The notes under the pieces were generated by a model, which did no database searches, was not told the origin of the DNA, and worked only from the letters and a program-made list of their open reading frames with translations. Both the position numbers and the translations under genes were made by a program. Positions 6,952 to 15,434 of a DNA stretch of 45,014 bases are shown one piece after another. Source of the stretch: a virus; IMG/VR virus record IMGVR_UViG_3300045988_020332; one strand, written 5' to 3'. How positions within the stretch are numbered: position 1 is the stretch's first letter; every line of letters starts with the position of its first letter.

Positions 6952-8118
6952 ATGCCAGCAAAAACTAATCTTATTATGACTAATGATATTCATGTCACAG
7001 CACGTGAGATTGATTTTGTTACCAGATTCGAAAGAAACTGGCAGCACTTACGTGACATTCTGGGTATCATGAGACCTATCAAAAAACAGCCGGGTGCTGT
7101 ACTCAAGTCCAAATACGCAGAAGGCACTTTACAGAGCGGAAAAGTGGCAGAGGGCGAGGAAATCCCTTACAGCAAGTTTACCGTAAAAGAAAAGACCTAT
7201 GCGGAAATGACTATCGAGAAGTACGCAAAGGCTGTATCTATCGAAGCAATCAAGGACCACGGTTATGAGAACGCTGTTCAGATGACCGATGATGAATTCC
7301 TTTTCCAGCTTCAGACTGATGTTACCGGCAGATTCTATGATTATCTGAAAACCGGTACACTTACTTCCACAGAAACAACATTCCAGATGGCCCTGGCAAT
7401 GGCTAAAGGCCGTGTAGAGAACAAATTCAAGCAGATGCACAGAAATGTGACTGGCGTTGTTGGATTTGTGAATATTCTTGACGTATATGAATACCTCGGA
7501 GCAGCTGAGATCACTATTCAGAACCAGTTCGGGTTCCAGTACATGAAGGACTTTATGGGATTCAATACGATTTTCTTACTGTCCGACAGCGAGATTCCAA
7601 GAGGACAGGTTATCGCTACCCCTGTTGAGAACATCGTCCTGTACTATGTAGACCCGAACGAATCTGACTTTGCAAGAGCAGGACTTGTATACACCGTATC
7701 TGGCGAGACAAACCTGATCGGATTCCATACACAGGGCAACTACCACACAGCAGTGTCCGAAGCGTTTGCGGTTATGGGTCTGACTCTTTTTGCAGAATAC
7801 ATTGACGCAATCGCAGTAATCACCATTGATGAGACACCCACGCTTGGCACTCTGACAGTGAATTCCGTGGCTGGAACAGCAAGCGGTGATACAAAAATCA
7901 CTGTAAATCCAGCTAAGGAAAATGTCAACAATGTATATAAATACAAAGTTGCGGCAGATGCGGTGACTGTTGGATATGGACAGAATCTCAGAAACTGGAG
8001 CACTTGGGATGGAAAAGCCGATATCACAGCAGCAACCGGACAGAAGATTACAGTGGTTGAGTGCGACGGAACATACAAAGCACTGAATGCCGGAAGTGCA
8101 AGCGTAACAGCAAAATGA
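6952..8118 (+). CDS. Major capsid protein with a C-terminal Ig-like (Big_2-type) domain
   Basis: 388 aa, follows the scaffold gene. The C-terminal ~90 aa (TLGTLTVNSVAGTASGDTKITVNP...GSASVTAK) looks like a bacterial Ig-like domain. Confidence 0.8.
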   Translation: MPAKTNLIMTNDIHVTAREIDFVTRFERNWQHLRDILGIMRPIKKQPGAVLKSKYAEGTLQSGKVAEGEEIPYSKFTVKEKTYAEMTIEKYAKAVSIEAIKDHGYENAVQMTDDEFLFQLQTDVTGRFYDYLKTGTLTSTETTFQMALAMAKGRVENKFKQMHRNVTGVVGFVNILDVYEYLGAAEITIQNQFGFQYMKDFMGFNTIFLLSDSEIPRGQVIATPVENIVLYYVDPNESDFARAGLVYTVSGETNLIGFHTQGNYHTAVSEAFAVMGLTLFAEYIDAIAVITIDETPTLGTLTVNSVAGTASGDTKITVNPAKENVNNVYKYKVAADAVTVGYGQNLRNWSTWDGKADITAATGQKITVVECDGTYKALNAGSASVTAK

Positions 8119-8141
8119 TGATCGACTAGGAGGTAACTGGC

Positions 8142-8636
8142 ATGGCTTATGCAGATTATAAATTCTATACAGAATCATTCGGCAATGTCGTGCCAGAAAC
8201 CGACTTTCCACGACTGGCAGAAAAAGCCAGTGATTTTATAGACACGATGACATTTAACAGACTGGTGGACGGACTGCCAACAAACGAACGCTCACAGAAG
8301 CGTATCAAAAAGGCGGTCTGTTCATTGACTGAATTAATGTATCAGATTGAGCTTGCTGAAAAGAATGCTACCAATGCCGCTACGAGCGGTACATCAACTA
8401 TGTTTGGTGCAGGTGGTAATTCAACGGGCATTGTAACATCTGTAAGCTCTGGAAGTGAATCCATCTCTTACGCAACACCTCAGCAGAAAGCATCGGGCGC
8501 AAAAGAATGGAGTGCGGTGTATGCCGCCGCTGGAGACGTACAGAAAACGAATGACTTACTTCTTAAGACAGCTTTGCCGCTTCTGATGGGAGTAAGGACG
8601 GATGAAGGAGTACCAATTTTATATGCAGGAATGTAA
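8142..8636 (+). CDS. Head-tail connector/adaptor (gp6-like)
   Basis: N-terminal pattern YADYKFYTESFG...FPRLAEKASDFID and position after the capsid gene. Confidence 0.6.
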   Translation: MAYADYKFYTESFGNVVPETDFPRLAEKASDFIDTMTFNRLVDGLPTNERSQKRIKKAVCSLTELMYQIELAEKNATNAATSGTSTMFGAGGNSTGIVTSVSSGSESISYATPQQKASGAKEWSAVYAAAGDVQKTNDLLLKTALPLLMGVRTDEGVPILYAGM

Positions 8637-8949
8637 TATTAATGTTCTCGGGACGGTTTACAAAATTAGTCCAAAAGAATTAAAAAATGCAGATGTTGAC
8701 GGCTACACAGACAATACATCAAAAGAAATTGTTATCAGAACAGACAACGCAAATAATGTTGGTGATTTTGATTCCTTACAGAAAAAGCAGTTGAGACATG
8801 AAATTATTCATGCGTTCTTGTCGGAAAGCGGATTGCAGTGCAACTGGCAACATACAGAGCAGTTCGGACATGACGAAACTACGGTTGACTGGTTTGCTAT
8901 TCAGTCACCGAAAATTTTTAAAGTATTCAATGAACTTAAATTAATGTGA
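8602..8949 (+). CDS. HExxH motif protein (putative zinc metallopeptidase-like) inside the head-tail module
   Basis: LRHEIIHAFLSESG contains HEIIH. Start could be 8602 or 8623. Overlaps the upstream gene. Confidence 0.45.
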   Translation: MKEYQFYMQECNINVLGTVYKISPKELKNADVDGYTDNTSKEIVIRTDNANNVGDFDSLQKKQLRHEIIHAFLSESGLQCNWQHTEQFGHDETTVDWFAIQSPKIFKVFNELKLM

Positions 8950-8960
8950 GGTGAAAAATA

Positions 8961-9230
8961 ATGGATATTTCAACATTAGGCTCATGTATCGCAATCGTTA
9001 TGATTTGCTACATTGTGGGAATGGGCTGTAAAGCATCAAAAAGAATCTCTGATGAATGGATTCCAGTAATCATGGCGGTTATTGGCGGGATTCTTGGAGC
9101 GGTCGGAATGGGAGTTATCCCGGATTTCCCGGCAACGGATTATATAACAGCAGTTGCGGTCGGTATGTTTAACGGATTGTCAGCTACTGGTGTGAATCAG
9201 GTTATTAAGCAGACAGTGCAGAAAGAATAA
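8961..9230 (+). CDS. Holin-like small membrane protein (2-3 TM helices)
   Basis: 89 aa. Hydrophobic helices CIAIVMICYIVGMG, PVIMAVIGGILGAVGMGVI and ITAVAVGMFNGLSATG, with a polar C-terminus NQVIKQTVQKE. Confidence 0.55.
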   Translation: MDISTLGSCIAIVMICYIVGMGCKASKRISDEWIPVIMAVIGGILGAVGMGVIPDFPATDYITAVAVGMFNGLSATGVNQVIKQTVQKE

Positions 9231-9246
9231 TTAAGGAGAGGGTATC

Positions 9247-9708
9247 ATGTATTCATCTAAAATTACACTTTTCAACTATTATGAAAGTGCCACAACAGGA
9301 GATGTGTACTGGTATCCTCATGTTTTATCCGGCGTTGACCTCATTACAGACAAGGGAGCAATCCTCAAAAAGTACGGACCAGACGCAACTGACAACGCGC
9401 AATTACACATCCGTTATAGTGTCCAGAACGGTGATATAACAATTGCTGATAAAAACGGTAAGATTCTCCCATGGGTGCCGCCTAAAGAGTGGAAACAGCA
9501 GATCAACAACGCTCTAGAGGATACTATCACATTCTCAGATGAATCGTTCTTCTGGGAGGGCGAGTGGACTGGTGGGACGGTAACTGATGGTGATTATCGG
9601 AGCGGATTCTATCAGTACATGAACGAGAACAAGGATAACGTATTCAAGATTACCAGTGTAGGCGGTCCGTATACACTGATTCCACATTTTGAGATTCTGG
9701 GTAAGTAA
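9247..9708 (+). CDS. Head-tail joining/head closure candidate (hypothetical)
   Basis: Position and size only. RBS AAGGAGAGGG. Confidence 0.4.
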   Translation: MYSSKITLFNYYESATTGDVYWYPHVLSGVDLITDKGAILKKYGPDATDNAQLHIRYSVQNGDITIADKNGKILPWVPPKEWKQQINNALEDTITFSDESFFWEGEWTGGTVTDGDYRSGFYQYMNENKDNVFKITSVGGPYTLIPHFEILGK

Positions 9709-9709
9709 T

Positions 9710-10201
9710 ATGAGTAAGATTCATCATTTTAAAGGATTCTCCGTAGTCGATGGAGATATGAAAATCAAGTTGAATATGGATAGATTCTCCAGACAGTACC
9801 AAGAAGCCCAGTATCTCCTTGATGGAATGGTTATGGACAGTATGATAGAGTTTATGCCAATGATTTCGGGAGATTTTATTGACCGAACAAGAGTCAAAAG
9901 TACATCAATGCAAGGGACTGGATTTGTATGCGCTGCGGCTGCTCCTTATGGACGTTTTCTTTATTTTGGAAAAACCATGGTAGACCCCGCAACAGGTAGT
10001 ACATGGGCAAGACACGATGCGGAAAAGGTTCTTGTGAGCCAGTACTCCGGTAAAACGAATGCAAAAGAAAATCTTCAATATACAAAATCACCGCATACTC
10101 AGGCGCAAGCTGAATGGTTCGATGCCGCTAAACGAAAATACGGCAGTACATGGATTCGCAAGGTAAAAGCACAGGCAGGAGGTGGCAGACATGGCGGATA
10201 A
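9710..10201 (+). CDS. Head-tail joining protein (minor capsid/HK97 gp10-like candidate)
   Basis: ATG 9710 directly follows the upstream stop. Assigned by position in the module. Confidence 0.45.
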   Translation: MSKIHHFKGFSVVDGDMKIKLNMDRFSRQYQEAQYLLDGMVMDSMIEFMPMISGDFIDRTRVKSTSMQGTGFVCAAAAPYGRFLYFGKTMVDPATGSTWARHDAEKVLVSQYSGKTNAKENLQYTKSPHTQAQAEWFDAAKRKYGSTWIRKVKAQAGGGRHGG

Positions 10202-10691
10202 ACCTATCGGAGTAGATGCAACCGGATATGATATTCTGACAGATGCCATGAAAGCACTTCTGAACCAGTATCCGGGACTATACGACAATGAAATAATCAA
10301 GTTTGAAGAACTTGGCAAGGAATCAGGAATTGCGTTCTCAGCAGACAACGGTGCCTTGATTTATTCAGAAAAAGAGGACGTTTGTGGAACAATGCATCAG
10401 ATATGCCAGTATCCGTTCTATGTAGTATACCGAACAGCATCCGACAAGGAAAGGCAGAAATTGTCTGTCCAGAAATTCCTTGACAGTCTTGGCAAATGGA
10501 TATGTCGAGAACCAGTTGTCATAAATGGCTCTGAGACGCGTTTAGATGCGTTTCCTGAGCTTTCGCAAGGGCGAGTGATAAAACGTATCACCCGTGGCAA
10601 CTCCTACGGTACAGAACCACAGGAGAACGGCGTACAGGACTGGTTATTGCCATTGTCAGTACGCTACGAAAACACTTATGAAGTAATATAG
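10191..10691 (+). CDS. Tail completion/terminator candidate (hypothetical)
   Basis: GGAGGTGG RBS before ATG 10191. Sits directly upstream of the major tail gene. Confidence 0.4.
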   Translation: MADKPIGVDATGYDILTDAMKALLNQYPGLYDNEIIKFEELGKESGIAFSADNGALIYSEKEDVCGTMHQICQYPFYVVYRTASDKERQKLSVQKFLDSLGKWICREPVVINGSETRLDAFPELSQGRVIKRITRGNSYGTEPQENGVQDWLLPLSVRYENTYEVI

Positions 10692-10772
10692 CAAGTAACA
10701 ACCGGCTATCAATTGGAGATAGTCGCTAACCTACACAGCCTTTTAAAAGTTATAGGCAGAAAGGACATTTCT

Positions 10773-11273
10773 ATGGCAGTTACAGGCAGGATTGACCGTA
10801 AATACATGGCTCACTATATCGATGCAGGCTCTCTCTGTGGAGGACTGACACCGAAATATGAGCGTCTTGGAAAAGATCTGGAAGAGTATAACATAGATCT
10901 CAATCCAGACACCGAAACAACTCAGAATATTCTTGGACAACCCTCATTTCAACACAATGGTTACGAAGCCTCATCAGAAGCTGATCCGTTCTATGCAGAT
11001 ACCACATCTGATCTGTTTGGAGCATTGCAGAAGATTGTAGACAACAGATACAAAGACGACAACCTCAAAACAACAGCTGTCGAGGTTCATCTCTGGGTAG
11101 AAGCCACAGCAGACAAGTATGAAGCATATCAGCAGGCGTGCTATGTTGTGCCAACCTCCTACGGGGGTAATACATCCGGCTATCAGATTCCGTTTACCGT
11201 TAACTATGTTGGTGAACGTGTAAAAGGAAAATTTGATATCAGTTCCGGTACATTCACAGCCGACAGTGAATAA
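10773..11273 (+). CDS. Major tail (tube) protein candidate
   Basis: ATG 10773 is preferred over the track start. 166 aa, positioned before two chaperone ORFs and the tape measure gene. Confidence 0.6.
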   Translation: MAVTGRIDRKYMAHYIDAGSLCGGLTPKYERLGKDLEEYNIDLNPDTETTQNILGQPSFQHNGYEASSEADPFYADTTSDLFGALQKIVDNRYKDDNLKTTAVEVHLWVEATADKYEAYQQACYVVPTSYGGNTSGYQIPFTVNYVGERVKGKFDISSGTFTADSE

Positions 11274-11299
11274 GCACATACACAAGGAGGATATGCTAA

Positions 11300-11725
11300 A
11301 TGGCAAAAGTAATTAATACCAAAATTGATGATGGAATTTTTACATTCACATTCACCAACAATGAAGATGAAGTCTTTTCTTCTTTCAAACTGAATCCGAC
11401 GGACATTAATGTAGCAGCACGTGCAGAGGAATCGGCAGGGTACTTTGAACAGCTTAAAGATTCTATTCAGAAGGTCACTTCCGGCAAAGAAATGGCTGAA
11501 CTAAATAAACAGATTGAGGATAAAATCAATTATCTGCTCGGATATGAAGCGTCAAAAGACCTGTTCAAGGAGCCGATCACGGCAACCACTGTATTCGGAA
11601 ACGGTCAGGTGTTCGCTTACATTGTTCTAGATAAAATCAGTGATGCGATAAAGCCGGAAATCGAAAAGAGAAAGAAGAAAATGCAGGCAGCAGTCAATAA
11701 GTATACGGAGAAGTATGCAAAATGA
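11300..11725 (+). CDS. Tail assembly chaperone
   Basis: Position between the tail tube and tape measure genes. RBS AAGGAGG. Confidence 0.6.
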   Translation: MAKVINTKIDDGIFTFTFTNNEDEVFSSFKLNPTDINVAARAEESAGYFEQLKDSIQKVTSGKEMAELNKQIEDKINYLLGYEASKDLFKEPITATTVFGNGQVFAYIVLDKISDAIKPEIEKRKKKMQAAVNKYTEKYAK

Positions 11726-12294
11726 CCGCCTATGAGCTTCCCACCTCACTAAACATAAGTGGGGTGGATTTTTCTATCAGGACAGATTTTCGAGCAATCA
11801 TTGATATTCTCATAGCCATGAACGACCCGGAACTGGACGAACAGGCAAAAGCAGTTGTTATGTTACAGATTCTGTTTGAGGACTGGCAGAGTATACCGGC
11901 TGAGTGTCTGGATGAAGCTTGTCAGAAAGCATCGGATTTTATCGACTGCGGACAATCTGACAATAATTCGAACCACCCTAAACCCCGTTTGATGGACTGG
12001 GAGCAAGACGGAGACATGATCGTGCCGGCTGTGAACAAAGTTGCCGGTAAAGAAATCAGAGCAGTGCCATATATGCACTGGTGGACGTTTTTTGGGTACT
12101 TCATGGAATCCGGTGAATGCCTATTCAACACAGTTGTTGGAATCCGGTCAAAAAAGGCAAAGGGTGAAAAGCTCGACAAATGGGAAAAGAAATTCTATCA
12201 GGAAAATAAGAGCATTATTAATATAAAAGCACGTCTCAGCGACGAGGAGCAAGCGTATAAAGATGCGCTGAATGAGATGTTGAACCTCAAATAG
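11722..12294 (+). CDS. Tail assembly protein, Phage_Gp15-like
   Basis: ATGA overlap with the upstream ORF. The N-terminus ELPTSLNISGVDFSIRTDFRAIIDIL resembles the Gp15 family. Confidence 0.6.
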   Translation: MTAYELPTSLNISGVDFSIRTDFRAIIDILIAMNDPELDEQAKAVVMLQILFEDWQSIPAECLDEACQKASDFIDCGQSDNNSNHPKPRLMDWEQDGDMIVPAVNKVAGKEIRAVPYMHWWTFFGYFMESGECLFNTVVGIRSKKAKGEKLDKWEKKFYQENKSIINIKARLSDEEQAYKDALNEMLNLK

Positions 12295-12309
12295 TTAGGA
12301 GGTGGACGC

Positions 12310-15024
12310 ATGGCTGCTGATGGCTCAGTCATTATTGATACCAGAATGGATACAACCGGTGTCCAAAATGGCGTATCATCTATAAAACAGTCATTTAACG
12401 GCCTTGGGAGTGCTGTAAAAAAAATCGCTCTGCTGATTGGCGGAGCGTTTGCAGTTGGCAAGTTAGCACAGTTCGGAAAAGAGTGCGTGGAACTCGGCTC
12501 TGACCTTACAGAAGTGCAGAACGTGGTCGATGTTACATTTACCACCATGTCCGACAAGGTCAATGAATTTGCAAAGAACGCCATGACCTCAGCCGGACTG
12601 TCAGAGACAATGGCAAAAAGGTATGTCGGTACGTTCGGAGCAATGTCTAAGTCGTTCGGATTTTCAGAATCACAGGCTTACGACATGTCAACGGCCCTGA
12701 CGCAGTTGACTGGTGATGTAGCATCATTTTATAACATTAGTCAAGACTTGGCTTATATCAAGCTGAAATCCGTGTTTACTGGCGAAACGGAAACATTAAA
12801 AGATTTGGGCGTGGTAATGACCCAGTCGGCACTTGACCAGTATGCACTGGCTAATGGTTATGGCAAAACCACATCTGAAATGACAGAACAGGAGAAAGTT
12901 GCCCTCCGTCTGGCTTTTGTACAGAAACAGTTATCGGCTGCATCTGGTGATTTCATTCGAACATCTGATTCATGGGCGAACCAAGTGCGAGTTATGCAGT
13001 TGCAGTTGCAGTCTCTTAAGGCAACAGTCGGACAGGGATTGATTAATATTTTCACGCCTGTACTGAAAGTAATCAACATTCTACTTGGTAAACTGGCAAC
13101 TCTGGCGAATGCTTTCAAGTCATTCACGGAGCTTATTACTGGTAAAAAATCATCTGGTCAAACGAGCGGAAGTGGGGCGGGCCTTGCCGGAACGGACGCG
13201 ATCGCAGATACTGCAGATCAGTATGGACAGGCGGCAGACAATGCAGAGAAATTGGCGGATGCCAATAAAGATAATGCAACAGCCACGAAAAAAGCAAATA
13301 AAGAAACAAAAAACTATCTTTCATCGCTTGATGAAGTTCACAAAGCCACATCTACAGGTAGTGGTTCATCTTCCACGCCATCTTCATCTGGTGGAAGTGG
13401 CGGAACAGGTAGCAGTGGTCTTCCGAGTTCAGTAGGAAATGTGGACTATGGCAATCTCGCAGAGGGCGAAACCGCACTTGACAAGATTAGTGATTCCGCA
13501 AAGAAGCTTGCTGACCTTCTCAAGAAACTCTGGAAACCATTTCAGGACGCTTGGAAAAAAGAGGGCAAGAACACTATTGATGCGGCAAACATTGCTTTGT
13601 CGGGAATTGCAAAGCTCGCTAAGAGTGTAGGCAAAAGTCTTGTAGAAGTCTGGACAAATGGGACAGGTACAACAATGCTCACGACCATGCTGAGGATTGC
13701 TCAAAACGTGCTTAAAACTATCGGGAATATTGCATCCGGTTTTGCCGATGCGTGGAATAAGAACAATGTCGGAACACAAATCATACAGAACATTGCAAAT
13801 GCCCTTGTAGTAGTTATGCAGTTTGTTGAGAAAATTGCAGAGGATACAGCGACATGGGCGGCGAACCTTAATTTCTATCCTCTACTGGAATCTATCAGCA
13901 ATCTGACCAGTACGTTTGCACCGATCCTGGAATCTATCGGAAATGTTCTTGAATGGATCTATAACAATATTGTCCTCCCAATGCTCAAATGGGTGATTGA
14001 GACAGGACTCCCGACAGTGATTAACTTAATTGCTGATTTGGTTGGATTCTTTACAGACCATCAATCTATTATCGAAGCATTTGGCGCAGCTCTTATAGGT
14101 GCATTTGCGGCAGGAAAGATCGCAGTACTGGCTAAAAGTATCAGTGGAAGCATCACGACCGTTATGGATTTTGCAAAAGGTCTCATAGCATTAATGACCG
14201 GTTCTGGTGGAATCATTGGTGGTATTAAAGCTATTGCGACGGCAATTGGGCCGGGTGGAATTTTTATAGCGGCAGTAACGGCTTGCATTGCGATTGGTGT
14301 TTTACTGTACAAAAACTGGGACAAAATAAAAGAAGTTGCAGGTGCGGTATGGAGTTGGATTAAAGACAAAACCATAACTTTCGTTGATGGAATAAAATCT
14401 AAATTGAGTAATTTGGCAGAAAAGATTGTTTCTATCTGGAATGGCATAAAATCAAGTGCAAAAGAAAAGTGGAGTGCTATATGGTCTACTATAAAAGAAG
14501 TTGTAAAGAGGATAGTTGATGGAATCGTTGATAAATTCAAAGGCGCAAGAGACAAGGTTGTTGATACGTTCGAGGGAATCAAAAACAAAGTCAAAGAGAT
14601 ATTCAACAAAGTTATCGGTATCGTAAATGGCGCAATCGGTACGGTGAACGGTGCGATCAGCGGAATTGAATCCGCATTCTCTTTCGGTCCGTGGAAAGTA
14701 CCTACACCATTCGGCTCTAAGACGATCGGGTTCAGTGCAAGTTTTCCAAGAGTACCGACTATTCCATATCTGGCAAAAGGTGCGGTTATTCCACCAAGAA
14801 GTGAATTTCTGGCTGTGCTTGGTGACCAGAAACAGGGTAATAACATTGAAACACCAGAAGCACTGCTTAGAAAAATTGTTCGTGAGGAAACTGGTGGACA
14901 GCAGAGCGGTGGAAATTATCGTTTTACCGCTCAGATCAACCGAAGAACAGTATTTGATGAAATTATCGAAGAAGCAAAGTTAAGACGTGATACAAGCGGC
15001 AGAAACCCGTTTGAACTGGCATAG
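12310..15024 (+). CDS. Tape measure protein
   Basis: 904 aa. Helical with a Gly/Ser-rich linker and hydrophobic segments. Canonical position. Confidence 0.9.
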   Translation: MAADGSVIIDTRMDTTGVQNGVSSIKQSFNGLGSAVKKIALLIGGAFAVGKLAQFGKECVELGSDLTEVQNVVDVTFTTMSDKVNEFAKNAMTSAGLSETMAKRYVGTFGAMSKSFGFSESQAYDMSTALTQLTGDVASFYNISQDLAYIKLKSVFTGETETLKDLGVVMTQSALDQYALANGYGKTTSEMTEQEKVALRLAFVQKQLSAASGDFIRTSDSWANQVRVMQLQLQSLKATVGQGLINIFTPVLKVINILLGKLATLANAFKSFTELITGKKSSGQTSGSGAGLAGTDAIADTADQYGQAADNAEKLADANKDNATATKKANKETKNYLSSLDEVHKATSTGSGSSSTPSSSGGSGGTGSSGLPSSVGNVDYGNLAEGETALDKISDSAKKLADLLKKLWKPFQDAWKKEGKNTIDAANIALSGIAKLAKSVGKSLVEVWTNGTGTTMLTTMLRIAQNVLKTIGNIASGFADAWNKNNVGTQIIQNIANALVVVMQFVEKIAEDTATWAANLNFYPLLESISNLTSTFAPILESIGNVLEWIYNNIVLPMLKWVIETGLPTVINLIADLVGFFTDHQSIIEAFGAALIGAFAAGKIAVLAKSISGSITTVMDFAKGLIALMTGSGGIIGGIKAIATAIGPGGIFIAAVTACIAIGVLLYKNWDKIKEVAGAVWSWIKDKTITFVDGIKSKLSNLAEKIVSIWNGIKSSAKEKWSAIWSTIKEVVKRIVDGIVDKFKGARDKVVDTFEGIKNKVKEIFNKVIGIVNGAIGTVNGAISGIESAFSFGPWKVPTPFGSKTIGFSASFPRVPTIPYLAKGAVIPPRSEFLAVLGDQKQGNNIETPEALLRKIVREETGGQQSGGNYRFTAQINRRTVFDEIIEEAKLRRDTSGRNPFELA

Positions 15025-15035
15025 GAGGTGGAAAC

Positions 15036-15434
15036 GTGGCAACTATTCCAAAAAGCATAACAGAACGATACAAGATGAATGGGATTTCCATCTATCAGCC
15101 AGATAAAGATATGGGTTATAACCTCGAAACAACTTATTCAGAAGGTAGCAACCGCACGCAGTTCGGAAAAGCGCTGTTAACTCCATTGTTTACAGTCGAA
15201 CAGTATAGCTATGAAGCATCAAATGTTCCAGTTATAGAGGCGAACAAAATTCTCAAGGTTATCGCAAAAGGAAAAACTTTCAATTTGTATCATTGGTCAC
15301 TTTACCACATGACATGGAGGACTGACCCGTTTTATGTCGGAAAAGCAAGCCTAACTATTGGAGAAATTTCGCCAGACTTAAAATTTGTATCAAAAATATC
15401 TTTTAACATGCAGGGGGTGAATCCACTTGATTAA
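15036..15434 (+). CDS. Distal tail protein-like (short)
   Basis: GTG start after GGAGGTGG. Position after the tape measure gene. Confidence 0.5.
   Translation: MATIPKSITERYKMNGISIYQPDKDMGYNLETTYSEGSNRTQFGKALLTPLFTVEQYSYEASNVPVIEANKILKVIAKGKTFNLYHWSLYHMTWRTDPFYVGKASLTIGEISPDLKFVSKISFNMQGVNPLD

Noticed and set aside
7576-8211. 211-aa and 112-aa - strand ORFs inside the capsid gene
   Set aside because: They are antisense to the major capsid gene, are Cys/Ser-rich nonsense, and have no translation signals.
11690-11730. Programmed -1 frameshift between the two tail chaperone ORFs
   Set aside because: No X XXY YYZ slippery heptamer is visible near the end of 11300..11725. The second ORF has its own ATG in an ATGA overlap and resembles an independent Gp15-family protein.
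14061-14846. 261-aa - strand ORF inside the tape measure gene
   Set aside because: It is antisense to a well-supported 904-aa gene, has no RBS, and has a low-complexity Pro/Ile/Ala composition typical of antisense frames.
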